Of a stretch of DNA of 64,000 nucleotides, positions 11,104 to 21,394 are shown in pieces. The DNA is from Methanocellales archaeon (lineage in GTDB: Archaea > Halobacteriota > UBA148 > JAUWXC01). Location of the stretch: contig JASEEY010000005.1 in NCBI GenBank assembly GCA_030018435.1, positions 38-64,037 of the forward strand, read 5' to 3'. The notes under the pieces were generated by a model that was not told the origin of the DNA, ran no database searches, and worked only from the letters and a program-made list of their open reading frames with translations. Within the stretch, counting starts at the first letter, position 1. Every line of letters starts with the position of its first letter. Position numbers and translations under genes: made by a program.

Positions 11104-11214
11104 TACCTCACCTCATAATGATAATAATGATGAGGTGATATATAAAACTTTCGTAAAATTGCAACTGCAATATGACTTTATACTAATTGTTGATAATTAC
11201 TCTCTGCTAATCAG

Positions 11215-12012
11215 GTGGGAGGCATGACCGACAAGCTCAAGGTTGCAGATTACATGACCCATGACGTTGTGACCGTTTCACCCAAGAACACTGTGGCAGA
11301 TGTCATTAACCTCATCCGCAAGACCGAACATGAAAGTTTTCCTGTAGTAGAGAACGGAAAGGTGATCGGCTATATTTCATCTGCGGATTTGCTGCGGCGC
11401 AACCCAAAAGACCGCATATCCAAGATCATGTCAACTGACCTTATAGTCGCCAACCCTGCCATGGACCTTACAGATGCGGCAAGGGTGATGTTTAGAACCG
11501 GCTTCTCCAAATTACCCGTTGTAGATGATGAGGGGCGCTTAGTGGGGTTACTCAGCAACTCAGATGTCATACGCTCGCAGATCGAAAGGGCTACGCCCGA
11601 AAAAGTATGGAAGTTAAAGAGGACCTTGGAGACCGTTCATGATACAAAGATAAATGTGGAGAGAGGCGAGGTGACAATAAACCAACTCGTGCCAACGCAA
11701 CCGAAAATCTATGCAGATGAACTCGAGGGCAGGATATACGAACTTAAAAAAGGTCTGACAGAGCCGTTAGTGGTCATACAAAAACCAAACAGGATGGTAT
11801 TAGTAGATGGTCATCACAGGGTCGTTGCAGCTAAAAAGCTTGGTATAGATATGATGGATGCATACATACTCACGCTGGAAAAAGATGTCCCACTGGGGAT
11901 GGAAAGAACCGCCAGAGATATAGGGCTTCATTCATTGGCAGACATCAATATACTTGACTATGCCAGACATCCGCTAGCGGAAGCAACCAAGTTACGGAGG
12001 AGGAAGAAATGA
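11215..12012 (+). CDS. CBS-pair domain protein fused to a ParB/sulfiredoxin-like domain
   Basis: Two CBS motifs at the N-terminus; C-terminal LVDGHHRVVAAKKLG resembles the ParB/Srx fold. Confidence 0.7.
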   Translation: MGGMTDKLKVADYMTHDVVTVSPKNTVADVINLIRKTEHESFPVVENGKVIGYISSADLLRRNPKDRISKIMSTDLIVANPAMDLTDAARVMFRTGFSKLPVVDDEGRLVGLLSNSDVIRSQIERATPEKVWKLKRTLETVHDTKINVERGEVTINQLVPTQPKIYADELEGRIYELKKGLTEPLVVIQKPNRMVLVDGHHRVVAAKKLGIDMMDAYILTLEKDVPLGMERTARDIGLHSLADINILDYARHPLAEATKLRRRKK

Positions 12013-12293
12013 AAGATTTGTCGATAATTCAAGAGGTTTATGATGTGATCCTCGACAGAAGGGAAAATCCAAAAGAAGGTTCTTACGTTTGCTCGTTGCT
12101 GAAGGATGAGGACAGAATTCTGGAAAAGGTCAGCGAAGAGTCGGGCGAACTAATACTCGCAGCCAAAAGTGGAAATAAAGACGAAATCGTTCATGAGTCC
12201 GCAGATTTGATATTCCATACTTTGGTACTCATGGCGTCCAATGACGTATCCCTTGAGGACCTATCAAACGAACTGAAGAAACGCAGAAAATAG
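12009..12293 (+). CDS. hisE: Phosphoribosyl-ATP pyrophosphohydrolase (MazG-like)
   Basis: 94 aa with HisE motifs (SYvcsLL ... ESADLIFHTLVL); ATGA overlap with the upstream gene. Confidence 0.75.
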   Translation: MKDLSIIQEVYDVILDRRENPKEGSYVCSLLKDEDRILEKVSEESGELILAAKSGNKDEIVHESADLIFHTLVLMASNDVSLEDLSNELKKRRK

Positions 12294-12297
12294 AGCG

Positions 12298-13170
12298 TCA
12301 ATATACAACCAGCTCACTTAGAACATCGGTCTTCGTGATAATCCCTATCGATTTTCCTTTTTCAGTTACCACAAGACGTCCTATTTTGTGCTCATTTAAG
12401 ACTTTGATGGCATCGTTAAGAGTCTGTCCTGCATCGATTGTGATGATATCTCTGGTCATTATATCCCTGACCAGAGACTTCAGTTTTTTCTCTGCTATCG
12501 CTCTTCCAATGTCAGTGAACGTCACAATTCCAACTATTTTTCCTCTATCCTTCACAGGTGCACCATGAATGCCATGTTCGATCAGGGTGCATGCCGCCTC
12601 TTGTATTGTCGTGTCGGGGGTGACAAAAACCATCTTGTCGGGTACGTAGTACTTGATCGGTCTTTTCGGCAGGGATATCATCTCTGAGATGGAGCACAGT
12701 ATGACGTTATCCGTGTCGTCGCGTCCGCGTACATCACCTCTGATCATCAATTTGTTGACCGGTGTGGGTCCAAGTTGAATCTTATCTCCCACGTTAAAAT
12801 TCCGTATATCTCCAAGGACCTTTATGGCAGCGTAACATAAGTAGGGATGTCTCACCGTCGTAAAATTGATTTCCGCAACCGTCGCCCCCTCAACCAAGGC
12901 ACCATTCCTATAGATGGGAACAGCCGCCTCCTCCTCCACCTCTTCGATGCTGAGAGCTTCATACGCCTCTCTAGTTGGCTTATATCCCCCCTTAGGTCCT
13001 GGGACGCCCTCCGCGAGCCCCAGCGCCTTCAAGGCCTGCATTTGATTTCTAATCGTACCAGGGTTGCGGTCGATAACCCTAGCGATTTCCTCGCCCCTTA
13101 CGATTCCTTTCTGCCGAGCCAGGTTAATCAGAGCTGTCAGAATCTCCCTTTGTATCGGTGGAAGTTCCAT
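12298..13170 (-). CDS. Winged-HTH + CBS-pair regulatory protein
   Basis: N-terminal HTH-like domain and two C-terminal CBS domains. Confidence 0.6.
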   Translation of the reverse strand: MELPPIQREILTALINLARQKGIVRGEEIARVIDRNPGTIRNQMQALKALGLAEGVPGPKGGYKPTREAYEALSIEEVEEEAAVPIYRNGALVEGATVAEINFTTVRHPYLCYAAIKVLGDIRNFNVGDKIQLGPTPVNKLMIRGDVRGRDDTDNVILCSISEMISLPKRPIKYYVPDKMVFVTPDTTIQEAACTLIEHGIHGAPVKDRGKIVGIVTFTDIGRAIAEKKLKSLVRDIMTRDIITIDAGQTLNDAIKVLNEHKIGRLVVTEKGKSIGIITKTDVLSELVVY

Positions 13171-13252
13171 GATTTCACCATTATAATGATTAATAGTAAT
13201 ATTTATAGGGTACGTTAAATACGTTTCGTGAGATTGTCATGTTTCATATGGT

Positions 13253-14248
13253 ATGCAGGGCATCAGATACATGGGGGTTGCGTTGATATTTGAAAAGATA
13301 CCGACAGTTCCCACGGCGGATGAGCTGGTCGATAAGGCGTTCAGAAGGGCATCGCGCGCAGGAAGGGCGAAGCCCAGGGACAGGAGAGAGGCGGCAGAAT
13401 CGATGATAATGACGGCATCGAATATCCTTTCCGACAATCTGATTTACGTTGTAAAGCAATTCCCAAATCTTGATGATTTGCCACCATTTTATAGGGATCT
13501 AACTGACATTCTGGTCGGCGTGGACAGGCTCAAGATGTCCTTAGCATCGGTACACTGGGCGGGCGCCAAGGTCAAGGAAATATCCAAGGGCCACATCGGA
13601 AAGCTGCGGAAGGGGGGAAACCCTTCCGTGATTAGGCGGGGGGCATTTGGACGCATTGCTTCGATCGTTCTGGAGGTGGATTCAGACCTAGCGCTTTTGA
13701 ACAAGGCAAGAGATGCGCTGCGCTCCCTTCCAGACGTAAGCGAGGCGCCCACAATAGTAGTATCGGGATACACCAATGTCGGCAAATCGAGTTTCGTCGC
13801 CACGATCAGTACTGCAAAACCAGAGATAGCGGAGTATCCATTTACGACGAAAGGGATTTCTATCGGGCATTTTATGCATGAAAGACATAAGTATCAAGTG
13901 ATAGACCTGCCAGGGCTATTGGATAGGCCCCTGTCAGAGAGGAACAAAATTGAGCTGCAGGCCATATCTGCTCTCAGACATCTTGGTGATGTAGTCTTGT
14001 TCATGCTGGACCCAAGCGAGACGTGTGGATATTCGCTGGCATCACAAAAGCATCTGCTGGATGAGATCAAAAGTGAGCTGAAGATTCCAGTGCTGGTGGT
14101 GGCGAACAAGTGTGATTTGACGAGCGATATGAAAAAGGCAGAGGCAGATGCGCTCATGTCTGCGAAGACGGGCGAGGGCGTAGCAGAGGTGAAGGCGAGA
14201 TTGATAGAGATGCTCAAAGAACGCCAGCGCTCAAGCACCCGACCGTGA
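13253..14248 (+). CDS. Nog1/NOG-family GTP-binding protein
   Basis: Nog1 N-terminal domain (FEKIPTVPTADELVDKAFRRA) plus G1 GYTNVGKSS and G3 DLPG motifs. Confidence 0.8.
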   Translation: MQGIRYMGVALIFEKIPTVPTADELVDKAFRRASRAGRAKPRDRREAAESMIMTASNILSDNLIYVVKQFPNLDDLPPFYRDLTDILVGVDRLKMSLASVHWAGAKVKEISKGHIGKLRKGGNPSVIRRGAFGRIASIVLEVDSDLALLNKARDALRSLPDVSEAPTIVVSGYTNVGKSSFVATISTAKPEIAEYPFTTKGISIGHFMHERHKYQVIDLPGLLDRPLSERNKIELQAISALRHLGDVVLFMLDPSETCGYSLASQKHLLDEIKSELKIPVLVVANKCDLTSDMKKAEADALMSAKTGEGVAEVKARLIEMLKERQRSSTRP

Positions 14249-15095
14249 ATCCGATTATAGCACCAGTGTTTAAGAATGGCAGCCCTGGCTGTGGCTTTCC
14301 TTTTGCGACAAATTTCGCCAGTACACCAAAACCGATTAAGGTGCCGATGATGGTGCCAAGCGCTGGAAGATTAAGGAACCCCATAGGAGGAACTGTAAAG
14401 ACCTTGGCGGACACCACGAGAATCGAGGGTATGACCGCATCGCCCAGCCCCATGAAATACGCACCCCTCTCGCCTTTTTTAGGTTCATCCTTCAAAAAAG
14501 AGTAGCCCCTGCGCTTTGGAACGACGAATATGACCGGAAGTCTCAGCTCCATCATACCCTCTGCCAGCGCAATCATATGCTTGGTCTTGTAGACCGCTAC
14601 GGCATCATATACAGCCAAGCCTATCAGCAGAAGCAACGTGGGCGCGATCGCCAGTGATATGCCGAATATAGCGGTAACACCAGCACCTATCAAAACGCCC
14701 GTGACATCGATGACATACCATTCTGGGAATTTGTATACCAGTACTGTGAGGATGCTCGCTCCAAGTAGTGAACCGATTACAGAAATCTCAAGCGGGGATG
14801 CAAAAATTAGCAGTCCAAAGAGCACGATCCACAGCGTAGACCATATGGCGAGCATGATAAATGCACGGAAAACCCATCTCAACTTCAACTTTATGATGAA
14901 CAGCGTGGCAAGCGTGAAGAGCAGGATCAAACCCATGTACCAGATAGGATTCCAGACGGACTGGGGGTCTTCAAATGCCTGCATCTCATGAGCGATCATC
15001 TGGGGAGTTAGCAGTAAAGCGAGGACTTGCACGATTATCAAGAAGGCGCTCATGCAGATAAACGGCAGGTAATTTGCGATGGTTTTGGATCTCAT
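14214..15095 (-). CDS. Presenilin/signal-peptide-peptidase family intramembrane aspartyl protease (PSH-like)
   Basis: Polytopic; YD (LAVYDAVAVY), GxGD (FMGLGDAVIP) and PAL (LNLPALGT) motifs in the canonical order. Confidence 0.75.
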   Translation of the reverse strand: MRSKTIANYLPFICMSAFLIIVQVLALLLTPQMIAHEMQAFEDPQSVWNPIWYMGLILLFTLATLFIIKLKLRWVFRAFIMLAIWSTLWIVLFGLLIFASPLEISVIGSLLGASILTVLVYKFPEWYVIDVTGVLIGAGVTAIFGISLAIAPTLLLLIGLAVYDAVAVYKTKHMIALAEGMMELRLPVIFVVPKRRGYSFLKDEPKKGERGAYFMGLGDAVIPSILVVSAKVFTVPPMGFLNLPALGTIIGTLIGFGVLAKFVAKGKPQPGLPFLNTGAIIGFTVGCLSAGVL

Positions 15096-15140
15096 TTTGC
15101 TCCTGGCATGCTAGTTAGTGAAGATTTATAATATATAGGT

Positions 15141-15509
15141 GTGTTATTACCTATAGACATGGAGTTAGTCTTTGCCAAACGAGGTGTAATAATGGAAGCA
15201 AGGGACATTTTACTTTCGGCCGTCATGGTGATTTCTGCATTCGTGCTCACATATAGGTGGCTTGGCCAATATGGTTTGGGAGATTCTGTCGTAGTTCTGG
15301 CAGCAATGGTGTTAGTGGGAGCACTGGCTGCGCTGCTCCTGAGCATCGATATCAGGCTGGGGATAGTGGAGAATAAGGTCGACGCCAAGGAAAGGTCCCT
15401 CAGGGTCAACATCCAAGGCGTGGAGGATAATGTAGACAGGAAACTGAATATGATGCTCAATAGGGTTAACGAGGCACTAGAATCCCTGACGCGACGACAA
15501 TATCGGTAG
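15141..15509 (+). CDS. Hypothetical protein, N-terminal TM and C-terminal coiled coil
   Basis: ORF only. Confidence 0.3.
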   Translation: MLLPIDMELVFAKRGVIMEARDILLSAVMVISAFVLTYRWLGQYGLGDSVVVLAAMVLVGALAALLLSIDIRLGIVENKVDAKERSLRVNIQGVEDNVDRKLNMMLNRVNEALESLTRRQYR

Positions 15510-15510
15510 C

Positions 15511-15798
15511 CTATTCAAATGCGGGATTTGTCATCTCCCTGATCTTGGTCATAATCGCTTTGGCATCGCGTAAATCCTTTACCCGCCTTATGTCTATTCG
15601 TCCGTTTCTGTAAAGCATCACAGTTCTGCCATCCATCTCGAATTTGGCCACGCCAAGACTTTCAGAGCATTTTAGATCGGTGACGTGCTTTTTTAGTAGC
15701 GAGCAGAGACGTCTCATAGAGAATGATCTACCAAAACTGCCCTCCGCTATAAATTCGTTTGGGTCTTCGGAGCATGGACGAGATATTTTAATCCCCAT
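15511..15798 (-). CDS. Hypothetical protein (95 aa)
   Basis: ORF only; no family recognised. Confidence 0.3.
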   Translation of the reverse strand: MGIKISRPCSEDPNEFIAEGSFGRSFSMRRLCSLLKKHVTDLKCSESLGVAKFEMDGRTVMLYRNGRIDIRRVKDLRDAKAIMTKIREMTNPAFE

Positions 15799-15903
15799 GA
15801 TGGCACCTTTGCTGCTGGGATATATGCGGTTGTAGTTATATGTAGTTTGGGAGAGGAAAAACGTAATAAAGACGTTAAAGACATATTGAATTTGGAGAAA
15901 TCG

Positions 15904-16917
15904 ATGGGCGTAGATCTCGGAGATCTGGTCGAAAAGCGGGAGATCTCCTTAAAGGATTTATTTGGAAAGACAATAGCCATAGATGCACACAATATTCTGT
16001 ATCAGTTTCTCAGCATCATTCGCCAGCCAGATGGCACGCCGTTAATGGATTCCAAGGGAAATATCACATCGCATCTTTCTGGGTTACTTTACAGGACGAC
16101 GAACCTTGTCGAAGAAGGCATCCGCCCCCTCTTCGTGTTCGATGGGGAGCCGCCTGAGTTCAAGGCTACTACGATTAAAGAGCGGAGGGAAATCAGGAGT
16201 ATAGCGGAAAAGCAGTGGATCGAAGCGAAGGAGAAAGGGGAAGCGGCTCTAAAGTATGCGCAGGCATCTGCAAGAGTGACCGGGCAAATAATCGAGGATG
16301 CCAAAGCGCTCCTGGGACATATGGGAATCCCGTGCGTTCAGGCACCATCAGAGGGAGAGGCACAAGCTGCGTTTATGGTCAGCAACGGTGATGCTGATGC
16401 TGTAGGCTCACAAGATTACGATGCGCTGTTGTTTGGCGCCCCCAGACATGTGAGAAATTTGACGATCACCGGGCGCAGGAAGCTGCCGGGAAAAAACGTC
16501 TATATAGATGTGAAACCGGAAATGATAGAACTGAAATCGATGCTTGATGCGCTGGAGATAACGAGAGAGCAGCTGGTCGATATTGCGATTTTAATAGGCA
16601 CGGATTACAACGAAGGCATCAAGGGCATAGGACCCAAGAGTGCGCTAAAACTAATCAAAAAGCACGGCTCAATAGAAGGAGCACTGGCCGAACTCGACAA
16701 GGACATCGAGAATTTTGATGCCATCAAGGATGTCTTCTTGGACCCTGACACTACATCTGACTATAAGATAACATGGCATGAGCCAAAAGAGGTTGATGTC
16801 GAAAGATTTCTATGTGACGAGCACGATTTCTCTGAGGACAGGGTGCGCAAGGCATTAGCACGATTAACGGAGGCATCTGGCAAGGGACAGAAGACCTTGG
16901 ACCAGTGGTTGGGATGA
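15904..16917 (+). CDS. fen: Flap endonuclease 1
   Basis: [31 protein letters not shown] is a classic FEN-1 N/I domain; start moved to the ATG at 15904. Confidence 0.9.
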   Translation: MGVDLGDLVEKREISLKDLFGKTIAIDAHNILYQFLSIIRQPDGTPLMDSKGNITSHLSGLLYRTTNLVEEGIRPLFVFDGEPPEFKATTIKERREIRSIAEKQWIEAKEKGEAALKYAQASARVTGQIIEDAKALLGHMGIPCVQAPSEGEAQAAFMVSNGDADAVGSQDYDALLFGAPRHVRNLTITGRRKLPGKNVYIDVKPEMIELKSMLDALEITREQLVDIAILIGTDYNEGIKGIGPKSALKLIKKHGSIEGALAELDKDIENFDAIKDVFLDPDTTSDYKITWHEPKEVDVERFLCDEHDFSEDRVRKALARLTEASGKGQKTLDQWLG

Positions 16918-17831
16918 GTCTGTCTGAGCTGGCAAAGGAGCATATAGATCACATCATGCGCCCGTATGGTCATACGGATGTTCTATTGTTTTACGGCGTG
17001 GTGGCGCCAAAATTGAGGAAATTTTTAGATAAGAAAGAGATCGCGAGCAAGGTCTGGCTGCCTTCCGGAAAAATCAAGTACTTCCTCAAGAGAGGTTCGA
17101 AGGAAAAGCCACTTTACATTGCTGAGTTGATAGATTCAGTCACGCCAGAGTTGCTGGAGGTTAGAAGTGAAAAGAAATTGTCTGATGCAAGAGGCCCACT
17201 AACGCCTGAACAAGAAAATGTCTGGACGTATTTCCCGCCGCGAAAATTGTCAGACTTCTTCTATGCCACAAACTCAGAAAGAGCGAATAGGCCCATAGAG
17301 CGTATCTTCTTTGATATAGACAGGGGCGAAGGTGTCTCGGCCAAAGATGCGCAAGAGGTGACAAAAGCCTTCGTGGAGGTAATCCAGGATGAAGAGCTAT
17401 CCTTTACATCGCCTCTCTGGGTATGCTGGACCGGGGCATCGTTCCATGTTTATTTGTTCCTGAAGAAAGAGATGCCACCCACATTCTACGAGAAGCATTT
17501 TAAGTTTACAAAGGACTCGATGTCAACCTTTACCGAAAAATGGGTTGCAGAAGTAGGTAAGAACGTCGCTGTAAAGGTCAAGGGTGGTCATGAGAAAAGT
17601 GCTAATGCGATCAACATCGACTCTTCGCAGACGCCATCCGGCAAGTTGTGCAGGGTTCCATTCTCATTGCACATGAAGGATGCAAGGACAGTCGATGGTG
17701 TCTCGATCCCGCTCGAACTGAAGATGTTAAACGAGCCGGGCCTGATAAGCGATCTGACATCATACTCCCCAGAAAGGGTCATAAAAGAGTTGGATGAACT
17801 AGCGAGAAGGTTGCCCGAAAAATTCAGATGA
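16914..17831 (+). CDS. Archaeo-eukaryotic primase (AEP) superfamily catalytic protein (PriS-like / LigD PolDom-like)
   Basis: AEP motif [10 protein letters not shown], motif [13 protein letters not shown], motif [22 protein letters not shown]-coupled to the fen stop. Confidence 0.55.
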   Translation: MSLSELAKEHIDHIMRPYGHTDVLLFYGVVAPKLRKFLDKKEIASKVWLPSGKIKYFLKRGSKEKPLYIAELIDSVTPELLEVRSEKKLSDARGPLTPEQENVWTYFPPRKLSDFFYATNSERANRPIERIFFDIDRGEGVSAKDAQEVTKAFVEVIQDEELSFTSPLWVCWTGASFHVYLFLKKEMPPTFYEKHFKFTKDSMSTFTEKWVAEVGKNVAVKVKGGHEKSANAINIDSSQTPSGKLCRVPFSLHMKDARTVDGVSIPLELKMLNEPGLISDLTSYSPERVIKELDELARRLPEKFR

Positions 17832-18467
17832 TCACTTGTGAAATCCATATTTCCCTATCAGCGGGACGAACATCACGCCCCCCTTTCCATTCCTGATGAT
17901 GCCATTCTTCTTTTCGATTAAGTACAGTTCTTGGAAATATCGCCCGATGGGTATGACCATCTTTCCATTTGGTTTGAGTTGCTCCAGCAAGGGTGGCGGA
18001 GCGTCTGGTGCTGCGCATGCAACGCTAATTCGGTCATATGGAGCGTGCTTGGCATAACCCAACGTGCCGTCTCCCTTGATGATGGTCACGTTTTTATAGC
18101 CTGTGGCCTTGAGATTCTTCCGCGCCATTTCAGCTAACGACTTCCAGCGTTCTATGGCATAGACACGTCCTTTTCCGACCAATTCTGCCATGACAGCCGC
18201 ATGATAACCACATCCAGCGCCGACCTCAAGTACTTTCATGCCATCTTGTAAATCCAACAAATCGCACATCATTGCAACCATATGCGGCGCCGAAATAGTT
18301 TGGTTTTGCCCTATTGGAAGCGGACAGTCAGCGTATGCGTGACTTCTAAATTCCATCGGGACGAACTCATGTCTTGGCACCTTCCTCATCGCCTCCACCA
18401 CGCGCTCGCTTATGCCATATGACCTGAGTTTTTCTATCAATTTGTCCCTTTCGGTCTCGTATTTCAT
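17832..18467 (-). CDS. pcm: Protein-L-isoaspartate O-methyltransferase
   Basis: SAM-binding motif [13 protein letters not shown] and PIMT family sequence. Start trimmed to the ATG at 18467 because the longer ORF overlaps a tRNA. Confidence 0.85.
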   Translation of the reverse strand: MKYETERDKLIEKLRSYGISERVVEAMRKVPRHEFVPMEFRSHAYADCPLPIGQNQTISAPHMVAMMCDLLDLQDGMKVLEVGAGCGYHAAVMAELVGKGRVYAIERWKSLAEMARKNLKATGYKNVTIIKGDGTLGYAKHAPYDRISVACAAPDAPPPLLEQLKPNGKMVIPIGRYFQELYLIEKKNGIIRNGKGGVMFVPLIGKYGFHK

Positions 18468-18480
18468 GCCGCCTCGTAAA

Positions 18481-18593
18481 CGCCGCCAACAGGACTCGAA
18501 CCTGTGACAGCCTGGTTTCCGCGCAACTTTGATCAAACTTTCTCAAAGTTTGTGGTTAACAGCCAGGCACTCTACCAACTGAGTTATGGCGGC
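18481..18593 (-). tRNA. tRNA-Asn (anticodon GTT) with an approximately 40-nt intron at the canonical 37/38 position
   Basis: Manual fold: acceptor GCCGCCA/TGGCGGC, D-arm ACTC..GAGT, anticodon stem CCTGG/CCAGG with loop CTGTTAA, T-arm ACAGG TTCGAGT CCTGT. Confidence 0.6.
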
Positions 18594-18636
18594 TTGTAGT
18601 ACTTTTTACGTCGCAAATCACAAAAAGAGTTACGCC

Positions 18637-18930
18637 TCATCTTAAGGTTTTTGATACACGACTCAACTTTTTCTCCAGTGGATTCATCTTTGATTCGAAT
18701 TGAGCGATGAATTTTGTCGCTTTTTTCGTCGTTATCGCACCCCTGGGGGATGGTTCAATTAAGCCCTCGTGCTCTAACACCCTCAGCGAATACCTCACCT
18801 TGTGCTTGGGGAATCCGACCTCTTCAGCGAGCTTAAGTATTCCGATGGGTTCCTCCCGTGCTACTGTTCTCAGGACAATCAGGTGGCGCCCTAGCATATC
18901 CATTTCGCGCTCTAACCTTTTGACCAACAT
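18637..18930 (-). CDS. Small winged-HTH transcriptional regulator
   Basis: 97 aa; HTH-like LKLAEEVGFPKHKVRYSLRVLEHEGLI. Confidence 0.5.
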   Translation of the reverse strand: MLVKRLEREMDMLGRHLIVLRTVAREEPIGILKLAEEVGFPKHKVRYSLRVLEHEGLIEPSPRGAITTKKATKFIAQFESKMNPLEKKLSRVSKTLR

Positions 18931-18979
18931 GCGAATACCATAACTATTATACTCATACTAAGAATATTACCTATTCGCT

Positions 18980-20260
18980 ATGAAAGTTAGGGTCCGGCCC
19001 TCCGTAGTTCGGGGGGACATCTATGCGCCCCCGTCCAAGAGTTACACGCACAGGGCGATAACGATTGCTGCTCTTGGCAAGAAGGCGGAAATTTCGTATC
19101 CACTCCTCTCTAAAGACACGATGGCCACTGTTAGGGCCTGCGAGGCGTTTGGGGCAACGATACATGCGCCCGAGGAAAAAGAGGGCGTTTTGAAGATCGC
19201 CGGCGTTGACGGGCACCCTAAAACGCCGGAGGATGTGATCGATGCCGCGAACTCCGGTACGACGCTCAGGTTTATGACCGCAGTGGGAAGTTTGATGGAT
19301 GGAGCAGTGGTTCTGACTGGAGATGATTCACTGCGGAAACGCCCTAATGGGCCTTTGTTAAAAGCAATTAACGATTTAGGAGCAGTTGCGTTCTCCACCA
19401 AAGATGATGGGACTGCGCCAATCGTGGTCAGGGGCAAGATCAGGGGAGGTGTGACTACCGTTAGCGGGGAGATTAGTTCACAGTTCATCTCTGCGCTGTT
19501 ACTTGCCTGTCCTTTTGCGAGTGAGAACACCATAATAAGAGTGGACGGTGAATTGAAATCCAAACCATATGTGGAGATGACGTTGGATGTATTGGAAAGT
19601 GCTAGTGCCAAGGTAGTTACGGATTTAACCAAATTCGAAATCCCCCATAAGCAGGCGTTTAATCTTGGTTCATACGTCATTCCAGGCGATTTCTCTTCGG
19701 CATCATATTCGCTCGCAGCAGGAGCGATTACCAATTCAAAAGTTGTGGTGAGAAATCTATTTCCATCTAAACAAGGAGATGTTGCCATTGTTTCCATCCT
19801 TCAGCAAATGGGCGCGAATGTGATGTGGAATCAAGACAAAGGCATGGTGACCGTTGATGGAGCAGAGTTGAAGGGCATTAGGATCGATGTAGGTGCCCAT
19901 CCGGACTTGGTTCCAACTCTTGCAGTACTGGGAGCTTGCGCAGAAGGCGTTACACAAATCACCAACGCCGCCCATCTGCGCTACAAGGAGACCGACAGGT
20001 TAAGAGCGATGTCGACGGAGTTAAGAAAGATGGGTGCGAAGATAAAGGAGTTACCAGATGGCTTGGTCATTGAGGGATCGCGCTTGCATGGCGCCAAGTT
20101 GCATGGGTACAACGATCATAGGATTGTGATGGCACTTACTATCGCCGGTTTAGCCGCGAAAGGAGAGACGATCGTCGATGATGCGGAATCTGTGGAGGTA
20201 TCATATCCAGACTTTTTCGATGACTTATTTAGCATGGGAGCGAATATAGGGGTGGAATGA
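18980..20260 (+). CDS. aroA: 3-phosphoshikimate 1-carboxyvinyltransferase (EPSP synthase)
   Basis: 426 aa; LPxSKSxxxR-type N-terminus ([11 protein letters not shown]) and EPSPS family sequence. Confidence 0.9.
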   Translation: MKVRVRPSVVRGDIYAPPSKSYTHRAITIAALGKKAEISYPLLSKDTMATVRACEAFGATIHAPEEKEGVLKIAGVDGHPKTPEDVIDAANSGTTLRFMTAVGSLMDGAVVLTGDDSLRKRPNGPLLKAINDLGAVAFSTKDDGTAPIVVRGKIRGGVTTVSGEISSQFISALLLACPFASENTIIRVDGELKSKPYVEMTLDVLESASAKVVTDLTKFEIPHKQAFNLGSYVIPGDFSSASYSLAAGAITNSKVVVRNLFPSKQGDVAIVSILQQMGANVMWNQDKGMVTVDGAELKGIRIDVGAHPDLVPTLAVLGACAEGVTQITNAAHLRYKETDRLRAMSTELRKMGAKIKELPDGLVIEGSRLHGAKLHGYNDHRIVMALTIAGLAAKGETIVDDAESVEVSYPDFFDDLFSMGANIGVE

Positions 20261-21354
20261 TGTCTGGAAATTCATTTGGTCAGGTGTTTAGACTTACGAC
20301 ATGGGGCGAGAGTCATGGTCCCGCAATAGGTGCCGTCGTAGATGGCTGCCCAGCTGGATTGCCCTTAAGTGAGAAAGATGTCCAGGCTGAATTGGATAGG
20401 AGGCGACCTGGGCAGAGCGAGGTTACTACACCTAGGGGAGAGCCAGATGTCGTGGAAATCCTGTCAGGCGTGTTTGAGGGCAAGACGACCGGAACACCAA
20501 TCTCGATGCTGGTCCGGAATAAGGACGTTGAGTCTGGCGTGTACGAAGAGTTGCGGTATACGCCGCGACCTGGGCATGCTGATTTCACATATGAGATGAA
20601 ATACGGTTTTAGGGATTATAGAGGGGGAGGGCGCTCTTCTGCACGAGAGACAGTTGGCAGGGTTGCTGCTGGTGCCATAGCCAAGAAGCTGCTCGGGACG
20701 AAGAACGTGGAAATCTTGGGTCATGTCGTTGAGGTGGGCGGCATCTCGGTCGGCGGTGTTACCATAGACCAAATACGAAAAAATGTGGAAAAGAACCCAG
20801 TCAGGTGTGCTGACGTCAAGATAGCAGAGAAGATGCGCAAGCGCGTAGAGGGGGCAAAATCAGAGGGAGATAGCATCGGCGGTGTTGTTGAAATTTTAGC
20901 GCTTAACGTGCCCCCAGGCGTCGGTGAGCCTGTATTCGACAAGTTAGATGCGGATCTGGCAAAAGCGTTGATGAGCATAGGTGCCGTCAAGGGCATTGAG
21001 ATTGGAGCTGGTTTTAGAGCAGCAAAGATGAAGGGGAGCGAGATGAACGATCCGTTCAGGATTAAGGGCGGCGTTGTGATGACAGGGACGAACAATGCAG
21101 GGGGCATCCTTGGCGGAATATCCAACGGCATGCCCATCACATGCAGAATCGCAGTCAAACCAACATCCTCTATCTCCAAAGCGCAGAAGACCGTGGATTT
21201 GTCGAAGAAGGTTAACACTGAAATACAGATCAAAGGACGCCACGATCCATGCATATGCCCACGAATCGTTCCGGTGGCAGAGGCGATGGTTGCGCTCGTC
21301 CTGGCAGACCACATGATCCGGGGAGGGTTTATTCCCACTGTTTTAAAGTCCTAA
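20257..21354 (+). CDS. aroC: Chorismate synthase
   Basis: 365 aa; GESHG and GRSSARET motifs; ATGA overlap with aroA. Confidence 0.9.
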   Translation: MMSGNSFGQVFRLTTWGESHGPAIGAVVDGCPAGLPLSEKDVQAELDRRRPGQSEVTTPRGEPDVVEILSGVFEGKTTGTPISMLVRNKDVESGVYEELRYTPRPGHADFTYEMKYGFRDYRGGGRSSARETVGRVAAGAIAKKLLGTKNVEILGHVVEVGGISVGGVTIDQIRKNVEKNPVRCADVKIAEKMRKRVEGAKSEGDSIGGVVEILALNVPPGVGEPVFDKLDADLAKALMSIGAVKGIEIGAGFRAAKMKGSEMNDPFRIKGGVVMTGTNNAGGILGGISNGMPITCRIAVKPTSSISKAQKTVDLSKKVNTEIQIKGRHDPCICPRIVPVAEAMVALVLADHMIRGGFIPTVLKS

Positions 21355-21394
21355 TTTGCCAAAAAGATATTTAGGATAGAATAATAATAGGTGC

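Noticed and set aside
17832-18536. Long pcm ORF starting at 18536
   Set aside because: It reads through the tRNA-Asn gene on the same strand. The ATG at 18467 gives a standard-length PIMT.
19042-19797. 251-aa antisense ORF inside aroA (similar antisense ORFs occur inside aroC, aroB', rad50, atpI and the CaCA gene)
   Set aside because: These are Ser/Ala/Pro-rich reverse-frame ORFs, typical of moderately GC-rich coding DNA. All are fully embedded in genes with strong family signatures.
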